Below are positions 27,472-42,857 of a DNA stretch of 64,000 nt, one piece after another (the first letter of the stretch is position 1; each line of letters begins with the position of its first letter). Below the pieces are notes generated by a model. That model was given only the letters and a program-made list of their open reading frames with translations, was not told where the DNA came from and did no database searches. The stretch is from the human T2T-CHM13v2.0 reference genome, Homo sapiens: the NCBI RefSeq assembly GCF_009914755.1, contig NC_060939.1, one strand, 5' to 3'. The translations under genes were made by a program, and so were the position numbers.

Positions 27472-27860
27472 TTTATATTCTTGTCAGCTGAGGCTTCCAT
27501 AAAAACATCAGAGACTGGGTGGCTTAAACAAGAGAAATTTTTTTTCTCACGGTTCTGGAGGCTGGAAGTCCAAGACCAAGGTGTCAACAGGCTTTGTTCT
27601 AGTGAAGTATCTCTTCCTGGCTTGCAGATGGGTGCCTTCTCGCTGTCCTCACAAAGCCCTTCCTCTGTAAGGGTGTGGAGAGAGATTGCTCTTTGGTGTC
27701 TCTCCTTATTAGGACACTGATTCTATCAGATCAGGGCCCCACCCTTATGGCCTCATTTTAACTTAATTACCTCCCTAAAGGTCCCATCGTGAAATATAGT
27801 CATATTTGGGGTTAGGGCTTTAACATAGAAAGTTTAGGGGTCACAATTCAGTCTATAGCA
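27472..27860 (-). mobile_element. MLT1A/B-like solo LTR
   Basis: CTGGGTGGCTTAAA, TTCTGGAGGCTGGAAGTCCAAGA, ends CACAATTCAGTCTATAGCA. Confidence 0.8.
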
Positions 27861-29152
27861 ATATCCAAGAACAGGAAATAGTTAACAAAAAAAAAAGAGG
27901 ACACAGAAGTCAGGGGATGTGGAGTCTTGTGTGGCTTCATGTGCAGTGGCTGCATATGGCTTAGTGTGAGGAATTGTAAAAAGAGGCAGGAAAGGGAAAG
28001 GGGTGGTCCCTGCAACACCCGCCAGACTAGCTATGATTTAAAATCTGACTTGGAAGAAAACCATCAGGCATGTCAGTAAGGCTGCCTCTAACCTGTCAAA
28101 ATTATATGTTTACAGCTCTCTAAAGAGGCTATGAGTTAGACCAGGCAAATGCTGAATGATGGTTCAGCTAGTAACCATTATGGTAGCCATCTGCTTTGTT
28201 AGCCATGGCATTTGGCTAATAGAGCATGGGAAACCAAGCAAGAAGGAGCCTTGAGGATGGAGGCAAGAATGGAAAATTCCCTTGATTTCCTAATGTTTTG
28301 CTTTGTGATTTTTATTTACTCTTGCCTCGTATATTAATGTACATGTCTCAGTCTTAGAAAGGGCATTTTTAGTCCCCTGGCACTGGTCAAGTCCTCCTGT
28401 AGCACTGCATTCTTACAACTAGTTTTCACTTATATTGATGGTAGTGAGATGATTGCTCATGACGCTAGCTGTTTAATGTCTAACTCATCTTCATAAATGT
28501 GAGCTCCACAAGGGCAGGTCAATGTGTGTCATTCACTATTCTATCCTCAGTGCTTGCATAATATTGTCCTAGAGGCGGTATTCAGAAACATGTGTTGAAT
28601 GAATGAACAAATGAAGGAATGAGGAGGAGTAGCCTATTTCCTTCCTCAACATGTGCTTGTGAGTTAATGCATAGAATAGATTGTTAAACCCCACTCTGAA
28701 AATCCTTTCTCCACCTTCCTCCATACCAGCATTCCATTTCTAGAAAGCTTAAATTGTTATGAGGTCTGGATGTTTGCCTGGTCTGCCCCTTCGAGGGAAG
28801 GCCGATCTTTCTCTGAATATTGATGCATTGCTCTTAGAAATCACTTGCCCTAAATGTACTAAAGGCTTTGTTAGAATGGAAAGAGTATAGGCAGTTGAGC
28901 TGGAAGACCTCTGTTGGAATTTATTTTTGTCACTTGGTGTATGTATGAACTTGGACAAGTTAAGCAATCTGTTTCCTTATCTGAGCATGAGTTTGCTATC
29001 AGGATAAATGCAATAGCATAGTGAATAGTGCTTTGAGAGCAGTGAAGTCCTTGCAGAAATGTTTGTTATTTTAAGTGGAAGTGGTATAAGTACCTCCTTT
29101 CATTGACTAGAACAGGTGTGGGAAGCTCTTATACCAACACCATTATATACTC

Positions 29153-30900
<1,748 letters not shown>

Positions 30901-31454
30901 CACTATATACTTTTTACATGGTTTTATTGTATCAGCTAAAGGGCTGCTGATCTACAAATCTCATGAAACTGCCTAATTTGGCCCAGTTTTCAATGACAAT
31001 AGTGAAACATACTGAATAATGTGGAAAATACATCAATGAAGAATCACACAGATGAATGGAAGTCATTAACTCAATTAAGATGGCCTGCTCTGAGACTATG
31101 GTACCACAGCAGTCTAGCTGGATGTATTAATGGCAAAATAAATATTTTCTGCATCTGAAATCTACTGATATCTGTTGTTTTACTAAATATATGATTTTAT
31201 TTGGGGCTGATCAGAAGGTTTGATTCTTCCTTCTGTAGTAGTGGAATGTCTAATTTAGGAGTTTTGTGCAATGGAACATTCATGAGCTTTGAAGTTACAA
31301 CTGTGAAGTTTGATCGCTGCTTTTGTGACCCATCAGCGGCCTACTCTCCTTGAGTCTCAGTTTCCTTATCTTTTAAAAGCAGAGAATGATTCTTATCTTT
31401 TAGGGATCATTGAAGATCAGATGAGATACACCAGTGCAGAGCTCAGCAAATGAT

Positions 31455-31509
31455 AATTTCCTTCCTTCTCTCCCTTCCTTCCTTTCTTTGTTTCCTTTTC
31501 TTTCTTTCT

Positions 31510-31568
<59 letters not shown>

Positions 31569-31569
31569 C

Positions 31570-31600
<31 letters not shown>

Positions 31601-31601
31601 G

Positions 31602-31687
<86 letters not shown>

Positions 31688-31713
31688 CTTTTTGAGACAG
31701 GGTCTCACTCCGT
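31455..31713 (-). repeat. Long (TTTC)n/(TC)n compound STR grown from the tail of a ~22 bp Alu 3' stub
   Basis: ~240 bp pyrimidine tract followed by GAGACAGGGTCTCACTCCGT. Confidence 0.88.
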
Positions 31714-32329
31714 TTCTTTCTTTGTGAAGTGCTACAGGTTGTAAAACATTCCCTGAAGTCTCTCAAGTCTATTTTAGGTTTAGCGTATTTAGGACTGGAG
31801 TGTGAATTTATTCTGACTCTACTCTATTTCTCTGTTACTCTGTATTGTTGATGAACCAAAAAAATTGCTTTCTGAAGAATGCTTGTTTGAGTTCTGGGGC
31901 TAAACAATGAAATATTTCTACTTGTTCAGCAAGGAGTGGAGCCAGAAGGCTAATGTGTGGAAATAAGTGCCCCATGAATGATTCTTATAATTTAGACCAA
32001 TTAGTGTTCTATGATTATTGTGAAACTGGCAGAATGCAGCACTCAAAAATCACTAGACAGATTAGAGAAGCACAGGCAGGAACGGGACAGAAAGGGGTTA
32101 GTGAGAGTTCATGAATGAATAGGAAGTAGATATATTTAATGCATTTAGGTGCCAAAATCCAACAGTAAAAATACATTCTGCAAAAATTCTTTCTAAAGGT
32201 GAGGCATTTAGTCAATGGGGTAAAAATGGTCCTTATGCTTTTAATTAGCTTTGATTCTTGCAAATTTTACTATTAGCCTTGAGCAGATCTAAGGAGGTAG
32301 ACCTTTGAAGTTGCTGTTGAGTTTCTTCT

Positions 32330-32940
32330 GTTGATGGTGTTGAATTAGAATTCAGGAGGAGCCAATGAAAATAACATGCAAACATTATGGCCATTTATTA
32401 TCATTATAAAATGTGATAATGTCATTGCTGACTTACAAAGATGATGACCTGAAAGGCCGTGACATTATGACATTACATTTTATCAATAATGAAAAATTGC
32501 TGCCTTTGCATGGTGTTTGGTGAGCTCAGGCGACCATAGAAGGAGGCTGTAAGCCTTTTTGTTTATTCTAGACTGAAAACGGAAACAAATCAGCAGTTAG
32601 AGATTCATTAGGTCGCCAAAAGAAAAAATGGCATCTTGTCTTACCCTATCCATAGGGAAAGGCGGAGGACCTCACTGACCCAAGGGGTTTAATATTCATT
32701 AGCGAGAGGCTTGCTTGCAAGTCACTTAAATGGTGCTGAAGTCTGCCTTAATAACAGGTTTTAAGGCTTGAGGGAAAATGTGCTGCCCAAAGAAGCTATG
32801 ATGTGTGAGCATCAACAGACAGTGTGCCTTTTTGGGAAGGGACCTGACAGGTGGGCTGTCATTCCACGAATAGGGCACAGCTGATGTTAAGGTGTCAATT
32901 AGCTTATTAGCTTGTTGTTCTTAGATGGGAACTAGGAAAT
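32330..32940. promoter_or_regulatory. Repeat-free block resembling a conserved non-coding element
   Basis: Dense TAAT/TTTAT, TGACA/TGTCA and GATAA motifs with retained CpGs. Inference only. Confidence 0.35.
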
Positions 32941-34010
32941 AACTTTCATGACTGCTGAAACTATTCATGCACTATTCTTCAACATTTAGAGGACACAATG
33001 GAGGTGAAAGAGTCATCCAAGATCATTCTAAACCTCATGTAGCACAGCCATGCTTTTCTGACCATAAGCAGTCATAAATCCGGTACCTGTGGATGAGCTA
33101 AAAAAACCTTGAGCCCAAATGCCACGCTGAAAGGTCCACAAAAGCTGTGGCTTTTAAAGCCCCCCTAATAACTCAGGCAGAGATTGAGGCTTTTGTGAGT
33201 CTTAGAAAAGATAATTTTCACAAAATATGAGGAAGGGGCAATGTGGTACCTCATCTATCCTGTTTTTTCCCCTTGCATTTATTCTATCAGCTGTAAAGAG
33301 TGGGCAACATATATAAAATTCCGAGTCTAGGTCCTAATATAAAAACTTGAAAGGATTGTAAAATCTTTAGATTTGAGGTGTAAAATAGATTTTCTTCCCT
33401 TTTCTCTTCTATGCAGGTGTTATGGCAGACACATAAAATACCTATTTATTTGTAGCATTTTATTTCCCTTTCACCTTATGCTTCTGCTTAGGTTTGGGGG
33501 AGTTCATGTCAATTTCAGTTTCTTTGGAGGGCAATAAATTGGCCAACCTGGGTTTTGGCTCACCCAAAGGGAACATTTCCATCTACCTCCTCTGGTGCAG
33601 TTCCTGAGGTGGATGCATGCGTGTGTGTGTGCACACATGCCCGTGGGCATTGCCCTCTGCCCAGCCTTGAGTACTGTTTTGGAGGTCGTGTTTCTGAGCA
33701 GCAGAATACTCTCCCTGTCCTGGTGTTTATCTGACTGCCTACCTCCCTGAGGGAGCTCCAGCTCAGCCTTCCAGCTGAGGCTTGCCCAGTCTGAGTCTGC
33801 AGTGCCAGTCACTCTGACCTTTCACTGGTGGACAGCTCTTCTCAAGGCCTCTTGGCTGCGTTGACTCCCACCCATCCTACAAATCTCAGCTGAAGCCTCA
33901 CCTTGAGCTACTGTAAGAATCACTGCTAGAAATAAACCTTGGGTAGCGCCCTGACCAATCCTCAAACACCTAGGGAAACCCAGAAATTCTTTCCGTGACC
34001 TAACAAGAAG

Positions 34011-34171
34011 CAGTGGTTCTCAAAGTGTGGTCTCTAGATCAGCAGCATCAGCGTTACTTGGGAACTTGCTAGAAAAGCAAAATCAGAAACTCTGATTTAG
34101 GGCCCAGCAATCTGTGTTTGAACAGTCACTCCAGGTCATTCCGACGCAAGCTCTAGTTTGAGAGCCACTAG
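34011..34171 (+). mobile_element. MER5A (hAT)
   Basis: CAGTGGTTCTCAAAGTGTGG...TTTGAGAGCCACTA terminal inverted repeats. Confidence 0.88.
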
Positions 34172-37028
34172 CTGCAGGAAATGTTTGAAGTTTTTTCTTG
34201 CCCTCACAGCATTAAGGGGGGCAACTCTTAAGTAACATCTATGCATTAAAAATAAATACGTTTCATTTTCTTATTGTTCAATTATGGTTTTCATGTCCTT
34301 TCCTTCTAAAAATTCCTGGAAGCAGGGGTAAGGCAGCATTCAGTCTGGCTTGCTTGTTTTGTTTTACTTCAACCAGGTAGGGCCTTGTACAAAGAGAAAT
34401 GGTTATTTGATATAACATAATTCAAAGAGCCACAAGAGTATCTCTCCTTTCTCGCAGAAAGGTGCTGCCTGATGTTCGATCTTTGACTACGAATCCCCCT
34501 GGTTTAAGATAGCATTAGATGAAAAATATCCCTGGGAGGGGTAACATGTTAACCTATCAGTGAAGTATACTTTTATTAAGAATGGGTTTGAGGCAAACCC
34601 CTGGTATTCCAGGATTTACTATTCTAAGCTTCGATGATTTGCAAGTAATCTCAAAGATTTATGACATTTAGAAAGTGTACCTTTTGCTGTGGAAACCAAT
34701 CATATCCCTGGTGGGTGAGCCTAAGAGACGACCCAGAATCTTTATCTTAAGGCAGCTTAAAAAAATCTTTGTCATTTTGCTGTTAAAAAAAAGGAGAGAG
34801 TATAAAACGGCATAGGCCTAACGGGGTTGTTATGAGGATTAAATAAATTAATCCATGTGCTCCATTTTACATAGGACCAGATAAGTACATCATATATGTG
34901 AGATATGATGATGACAATTGTCTCCTTGTCCCTTTAGAATTAACTCTTGTTATAGTTTACTACTGTCTTATTTGAGAAAATAGAATTTTCAAATTAGCTA
35001 TTAGATGTATACATTTAAAGACTCCAGGCTTTGAGGTGGACCCAGATCTTCTCAAAATCCACTGTGGATTCTGACTGGCTGCTAGTTTGAATGGGCAGGT
35101 GGCGGACAGGGCAGTCTGGGTACCTGGGGAGTGGGGGAGGCGTGAGGAGTTGCCAGAAGGGAGGGGCAGTACTGAAATAGGCAGTGAAACGAAGGGAGTG
35201 TTTGTGCTGAAGAGAAATTTTGCCAGAGTGAGGTAGTATTCCCATTTTTTCCAGGAAGAGCTCAAGTGGTCATTTTCCATGTTATCAGCAAATAGCATTT
35301 TGGTAGAAGGCAGCGTCAGATGAGAGGTTTGCGTGAAACCAAGCACAAAGTCCGGAATTACAGGCTGACATTTTTGAAGTAGGGGCCCAAACAATAAATT
35401 TTTCTGCACAATGTAGTTAAACACCCGGCTTGCACGGATGTCTTTTTAATAGCCACAGAATTCTTTTAGTGATGCTTAAGGATGGCTTCCTTCCTGGTGG
35501 GAGTAGAATCCCAGGATGTCTGCCAAGATGTATTACTTAATGTTCTCTGTTTCTCAAAGGTTCAGTAAGCAAAAGGGGTTATTCTGAGCAAGCTGCTGGG
35601 ACGATGACAGGAACAAACACCTCGATGTATAAATTTGAGACCTTTAACCTCTTAGCTGTCAAATTTCAATATTTCTGGTCACGATGTTAAATGCACTCCA
35701 GTATCTGTTTCAGAGAACTCTGATGGAAAAATAAAAGTTTGCTTTATATTTACACACTGTTAGTAAGTTGTTAAAAGAAGAATAAAGCAAGGTGACTGCT
35801 AGCCATATTTTGTATTCACGGCTTTACAGCTTTGGCATAATAAACCAGAACCTGTGTTTTCTCTGTAACTTACAATGCATGCCCCAAATGACTTAGTGTT
35901 ATTGCCAGCTCTGTATCCCCTACCTTTTAAGAATGATAAACACAGCATATTGAAGGTAAAGTTTAAAACCAGGGTTATGAAGGAGGTAGGGAAATAGGGG
36001 CTAAAACAGGACTTTTAAGATCTTCCCATTTAAAACCAAATGTGTGGGTGTACATGAAGGACACAGTATGAGTCTGCATAGTTTATCTCTCATTCCTTCT
36101 TACAAACATGTGTATAATAACCTAATGCATACTACTGGGATGGAAAATAGGGACTTCATATTCTGTTACATGGAGGCACTATTACCTTTTGACAGTAGTG
36201 GTGTGTTTTGTTTTGCCCTGTGCAATTCTGTAGACACATCTTCCATCATAATGACCTTTCTGACAGCGGATGGGTGGGGAAAAAATGGTTTGAGAAAACC
36301 ATTTTCCTTTCATGCAGCAAGCAATAATTACTTGAAGTGTGTGACAACGATGGAGTGGGCAGGCTTACCCAAGGACCCATATTGGAAACTTCCTTTGATT
36401 CTAGCTCTCCTTTTATTCTTTGTCAATACCCTTGTGCAGAATAGAATGTTTAAATTTTCTTTTTAGAAATCTGTGATGCTTGGGAACTCTTTGATTCCGC
36501 AGATATTTCACATATCTTTCAGGGATTCTCTAAACCAGACTGACTTGGGTCCAGGCAAGCTCTGTGTATATCCATTGTATGTGTTTCTCTGCCCCGGTGG
36601 GCACTGCAGCCACAGCACCATGGAAAGGGCCACCGTGGGCCACTGCAGAGAGAGTGGACAGTGACAAAGGAAGCTGTGCTTCCTGTCAGGACATGCATCA
36701 GAGGATTTGGGGAACATGAGTAATGACCATGTGCTGCCTGGGCCCAGGGAACTGAAGATTCCGCATCCATGCATAGTGGAACACTTGCCTATTGGCATAG
36801 AAAGGTTCCGTTTCATTATGGAAGTCCATTTTGAATACTGGTAAATTAAACTTTTAGAGCAAAAATCAATATAAAAATATGTCCAAATCTGTGACAGTGG
36901 AAATCACCCATGCACATCCTGTATCTCATAGAGAGAACAGTGATGGGGACAAGGTCTGAGGAAGTATCCTTCTTTTGCAGTGCTCATGTTCTCTTTTGAA
37001 TGTAAACAGTAGTTCCTGATAAGGATAT

Positions 37029-37392
37029 TGAATTAGTTCATTTTCACGCTTCTGATAAAGACATACCCAAGACTGGGTAATTTGTAAAGAAAAAGAGGCT
37101 TAGTGGACTCACGGTTCCACATGGCTGGGGAGTCCTCAAAATCATGGTGGAAGGCAAAAGGAAAGTCTTACAAGGTGGCAGGCAAGAGAGAGAATGAGAA
37201 CCAAGCGAAAGGGGTTTCCCCTTATAAAACCATCATATCTCGTGAGACTTATTTACTACCACCAGAACAGTATGGGGGAAACTGCCACCATCATTCAATT
37301 ATCTCCCACTGGGCCTCTCCCACAACACGTGGGAATTATGGAAACTACAAATCAAGATGAGATTTGGGTGGGGACACAGCAAAACCATATCA
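37029..37392 (-). mobile_element. THE1 (B/C-like) solo LTR
   Basis: TG...CA termini and perfect 5 bp TSD GATAT (37024-37028, 37393-37397). Confidence 0.93.
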
Positions 37393-38689
37393 GATATCAT
37401 GAGATTAAAGCATGTCCTCTCTTTTCTAACCCATGAAATACTTTTTAGTCAGCACTGCAGTCTGCTTGGTATGTAACTTCTACCACACAAACGACTTGCC
37501 ATTCACAATAGTCCATGATACCTTCTCTTCTTATATTAATGTTTCATGGGGACACATTGATAAGACTGAAAACTTCTTGATGGCACAGCCTGCTTATGGT
37601 GTCATAAACAGAGCTTCATGTTTCTGTGGATCTCCCAAAGGACTCCTGTCACCTTTTGCTTCAACCCCTGCCTCTGGTTGTCTCTCTGTCCCCACTCAGT
37701 GTTTTGCATCCTGAAGCTTCTGTCTTCTATTAGGCTCACATTGCTCCACCCGGCAATACAAGTGCTGTTGCCGAAAGCACTATCAACAGAAGATATTACA
37801 AATCAGAGACTTGGACTGATGGTTTTGAGGAATCTAAGGAGAGGAGCATCGCCGCATGGACAAGTATAAGCATTAAGTAAATATGGCCAGTATTACTGAC
37901 CTGGAATTCTCCAGTATTCTTCACACCAGGAACCTCTCTTTGGCCATTTTTTCTTTCAGCCCCTGCCTACTGCTAGACAACTTCCCATTCGGGTCACTCA
38001 TCTCCTCACTCCTCTTTTCCCAGGTCCAGGGCTCTCCATCCCCCTGTCTCTTGGGATGCTCCAGACAAATTGGAAAGGAAAAACTCAGTTACTTTGTTAA
38101 GTAGAGCAAATTAGCCCTTATTGTCTCCCAATAAGCCTCAGTCAATAAATGTGGACATAAACATTTTCAATACTTGTGGAGGTGATATTTTGAGGCAGGA
38201 GAGCATTGTGGTAGAGACCCTGTTCCACTAAGCTGAAAGCTCCTCCTGCCTCTTCAATATCTAAACTATTCCAGCTGAATTTCTCACCTCACTATTTTAC
38301 TTAGTCAAAGATTTAGGAGTTGCAGCAAAGTGACACTGGACTATCCTGTGAGTTTTTTCTCTTTATGCATGAAGTTTAGCAAAGAAGGGAGTAAGAAGGC
38401 ATGCTTTCTGAGTTGAAAGGATAAGGAGGAGGTAGACCATTTGACAAGAAGGGATTATTCTGACTTCTAATATATGTGTACATGACCATGAATATACCAT
38501 GGAATCTCTCTTATCCAACTTCCATTTAACCTACTTCTCTATTCCATCTAAAAAACATACTGACTGGGCTCAAGGCCCAGCATTGAACACCCACAGTCAG
38601 GAGGCTACTATCTGGCACCCAGGACACGTGTTACCAGGTGAGTTGATGCTTACAAAACCAGTTGGGTTTGTTCCCAAACTGTTTATGAC

Positions 38690-39190
38690 ACTTGTACTTG
38701 CTATTGTAATTACATAATTTAATTAAATATTACATAAATTGAGGAAACATGAATATAAAAATGAAAGAAAATTGGTTCTGCTGAAACTAATTTGAATTTT
38801 CTGAAAAGGCTGGATAAAATCAAGTCTCTAGAATTTTTGCTATTATATAAGATATGGATGAGATAACTGTAAATAATTGGGAAAAGCTACAAAAGTCTAC
38901 AAATTAGATGCTTTATCAGTACTTCTAAGTTTTCATTCTGCTTTAAAGAAATGGAAACTGAGAGTTGTTGAGGCATTATATGGGCCTAGTGTACATAAAC
39001 AAGACTTTACAGAACCCCAATTAGAGGGCCCACACTTAGGCCTTGGCTTTATTTACATCAAAAGATTAACAAATGAATATATGGTTGCGTATGTTTTAAG
39101 ATGAAATAGCAAAATTTAAGGTAAGAATCTGTTACTATTTTTATTTTATTTCTAACCAACTCTTTCAAATAGTCAATCCACTATGGGGTT
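38690..39190 (+). mobile_element. Ancient Tigger/pogo-like transposase remnant
   Basis: Degenerate reading resembles a CENP-B/Tigger N-terminal HTH region (KRK..., RLDK-like, PI.GP-like). Heavily decayed. Confidence 0.45.
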
Positions 39191-39784
39191 ACTGTAATGC
39201 TGAAAGGGCTTCAACTCTACGTGCACATACATAGAACATTAAATACCAGATATGGGTAGAACCTTGGTGCGCACTTGGCATTAACCCTCAGACCATCTCA
39301 CCAGAGTATCAGTGGGATTTTTAGACAGGAATATCCAGAGAACTTGTCTTTGTTCTTCTGCTTATGTGTCTTAATGTCTCAGGCTGACCCTGGCCTTGCT
39401 CTGCTCCAGATGCCTTTAGCTACATCCCTGGCCCACGTTAAACTGGCCACTCTTGTATCAGAGCTAGCACACCAGTGATGGAGAACACTGAAGTGACTAT
39501 ATTGAAAATTACTCCAAATTTAATCTTTAAGGGACAGACTTTAGGCTTATGCTACACAGGCTTATAAACTGCATTCTTAGCCTCCAAGCTATTTGTGTGC
39601 TTAATTGCTACCTGTGAAATCCATACAAATGTAAGAAGTGTGACTTTCCTTGGATGTTAACAAAGAGTTGTTGGTAAATCTCTTCAAGGACTGGGGATGA
39701 GGGACTTTATAGATTTTCTTTTATTTCATTAGATGTTTTTTGGGGGGGCAGGTATGATGTGGTTGTTTATTGTGTTTTAAAATT

Positions 39785-39980
39785 CTTTTTAATATTCATT
39801 TTTCCATATGTTATTGGCATACAGGTTCTATTTGGTTACATGAGTAAGTTCTTTAGTGGTGATTTGTGAGATTTTGGTGCACCCAACACCCAAGCAGTAT
39901 ACACTGTACCATATTTGTAGTCCCTCGCCCCCTCCCACTCTTCCCCCCAAGTCCCCAGTGTTCATTGTATCATTCTTGAT
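39785..39980 (-). mobile_element. L1PB 3' end fragment
   Basis: TTGGTTACATGAGTAAGTTCTTTAGTGGTGATTTGTGAGATTTTGGTGCACCC. Confidence 0.85.
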
Positions 39981-41690
39981 TATAAAAGGAAAAGGAAAAG
40001 GAAGTATTGAGGAAGAAACTCTGATGGGTGCTTGGGGTAAAGAGGAGACCTCCAGGAGCCTGCTGAAGGCAGCTCAACTGTTTCACATGAGAAGAGAGGA
40101 ATAGGCTGTTTGTCGCTCTAGGGAGAAAATGGAATAAGAGAAAGGAAGCGGGTGGAGGCCATGAGAGACTGGCTGGTAGGCCGCAAGTTCTCTGATGTGA
40201 CCCCTTCCTCTGACCCCACCCCAGAATCTCCAGTAAGAAGAACTCACTAAATGCTTGACTTTGAGTGAATTTTTGTGTGTATGCGTACACTGGCTTTATG
40301 AAAACTTATTTCTGGGCTGAGATTGGCAGTGAAATTTACACAAAGAAAGAACTGAGGAAGCATGTGCTGCTGGTGCATGGAGGCAGTGATGCTTGGCAGA
40401 AAGCCATGGGAACTCCAGAAGGCCACAGGGAGAACTCAGGACACCAGGAGGCATGGAACTGAGGTTGGCTCAAGTGTAACTTGCTTTCTGAGGGACAGGG
40501 GCATTCTTAGGCACCTGGTATAGAGATGAGCATATACTGACTACTACAGAGATATATATTTTTTAAAGAATAAGTCTTTGGGTGAATGGAGAAAGCTGTC
40601 TGGGTCACAGTCCCTCTGTGCTTCAAGTTAGACCTATTATCAGTTAGAAGGCAAATGAATGAAGTTTCAAGGTACGGTTCTAGGGACTGGTGCCAACCTG
40701 GTGGAGGAGCCAGTGGTGCCAGCGCAATCTCTCTACCCTCTAAAGGTGTTGTCATCTCCTTGGACTGTTAAGCCAAGGTCAACATGTCCCCAGGGCAGCC
40801 TGTCTGGCTGTTCCAGGCACCTTGAAGCACTTCACCAAGTTTTAGATGATAATTTTTCAAATATATATAAAATTGGGATTAGTGTTGGCTTTTCTACATT
40901 TAGCAGAATGGCCCAACTTTCTTGATGACTCTTCCCTATTGGCTGGTAAGAAGTGAAGTTAGCACTTTTATTGAAGAACTGACTTCAATTAGCCAAAGTT
41001 GAGACATTGTCACCTAGGAGAAGCCTTTTCTAAGGCCATTGAGTGACAGACACTCCAAAGTAGATTCAGGGGTCATAGAGTACTGGGGCTGCAAAGATAC
41101 TTAGGCGAGGTTTCCTCTTCTGTGCTCCCTGCAGTTTTTGTTCTTATTTCTTTATTGCAATCATCACATCATATTATATGTAATTATCAGAGCCATTTGT
41201 CTCAATTTATTGGAAGCCCGTTGAGAACAGTGACCAAATTGTATTCATCTTTTTAATCATCAGTACTTTGGACAGGGGCTTAGACTATGAAACATGCTTA
41301 TTAAAATGTAGTGGAACGAATAAATGGATAGATGGACATGATCTTATTTTCAGATGAGGACACTAGAACTTTCCCAAGGACACAGAGCGAGTTGGTGGCA
41401 GAGTTAGAACCAGAAAACTTCCGATTTTAGCATCTTTCTTATATTTCTCCTTTCAAGAAATTTGCTTGGGTTGGGGTCCATGCCTTCCATGTGCACTGAG
41501 TAGCACCTAGTATAATTTAGGATGTTTCTGAAGAGGTAGGACCACTTGTTGCCTAGGCAACTGGAGAAATGTAGGAAGGTGACAATTGTCTGTTGGCAAC
41601 AATGGCCTCAGCCAAGAATCTGAAAAGTGGCTCTCTTTGCTCATCCCTGAACAACAGCCTTGAGGGAGAAGTGTGTTAAGAGATAAAATG

Positions 41691-41999
41691 CAGCCAGGCA
41701 CAGTGGCTCATGCCTGTCATTTCAGAACTTTGGGAGACTGAGGTGGAAGGATTGCTTGAGGCCAGGAGTTTGAGACCAGCCTGGGCAACACAGCACAACC
41801 CTGTCTCTAAAACTAAAAATTAAAAAAAAAAGTTACCCAGGCGTGGTGGCACATGGCTGTAGTTCCAGCTACTCAGAATTGAGGCAAGAGGATTGCTTGA
41901 GCCTGGAAGTTCAAGGTTACAGTGAGCAATGACTGTATCACTGCACTGAAGCCTGGGTGAGAGAGTAAGACCCTGTCTCTAAAAAATAAAAAATAAAAA
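41691..41999 (+). mobile_element. AluJ
   Basis: Full dimer, GGATTGCTTGAG in both arms, A-tail. Confidence 0.93.
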
Positions 42000-42224
42000 G
42001 GAAGTTAAATGCTTCTCTAAAGCCGTGAAAATTTCACTCCTTCTCTAAAGCAGTGCAAACTCTGGAACCATTTTTTGACATAGAGAGAGAAATTCCAATG
42101 GGGTGAAAGGCAAGGGAGGCAAGAGGCTCTCTTGCCCATGTCTGTCCCACTGGCAGGCTCTGAGGTTGCTGTCAAGGCTGGTTGTCTGAGCTCTTCTAGG
42201 TGGGCACCTTGTCCCCCTTATAAG

Positions 42225-42576
42225 CCATTTTCTCCACAGCAGCCAGAATCATCCATTCAAAACGCAAGTCCAATGTTGTTACACCTCTGTTCAAAACACT
42301 GCAATGGCTTGCTCAGCATAAAAGCCAGGGTTTGACAATGGTCCACAAAGCCCTACGTGATCTAGAGGGCAGCCCTGCCTTTACACTGACAATCTCTTCT
42401 TCCTGGTGTACTGTTTCCCCAGTTAGATGCATGGTTTTCTTCCTCACTTCCTTTAAGGCTCTACTCAAATATTTCCTTCTCAGATTCTTCCTGGATCACC
42501 TTATTTAAAATAGCAGCTGCTCAGTCTGACCACCTTGTTATTCTCTATCTTACTGTATTTTATTTTTATTTAATTC

Positions 42577-42625
<49 letters not shown>

Positions 42626-42812
42626 GTATCTATCTATCCATCCATCCATCTATCTGTCTATCCATCCATCTATCTATCTGGTAGCTTTTCCCACTAGAGT
42701 GAAGTTTTATAAGAACAGAGGTTTTTGTCTCTCTTGCCGTGTTGCTAGCACCTGGAACAGTGCCTGATCCACAGCAGTACTTAATGAGTATTTGTTGAAT
42801 TAATTGAATGAT
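42225..42812 (+). mobile_element. L2 3' portion, interrupted by an STR
   Basis: Ends ACAGTGCCTG...GTATTTGTTGAATTAATTGAATGA. Confidence 0.75.
42577..42680. repeat. Compound tetranucleotide STR (TCTA)12 plus TGTA/TCCA/TCTG variants
   Basis: Directly visible. Confidence 0.95.
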
Positions 42813-42857
42813 TTAGATTATGTGGGTTCAGGGAATGCAAAATAATTCAATACAGCC

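Noticed and set aside
31400-31766. K/E/R-rich and F/L/S-rich ORFs
   Set aside because: Translation artefacts of the TTTC repeat.
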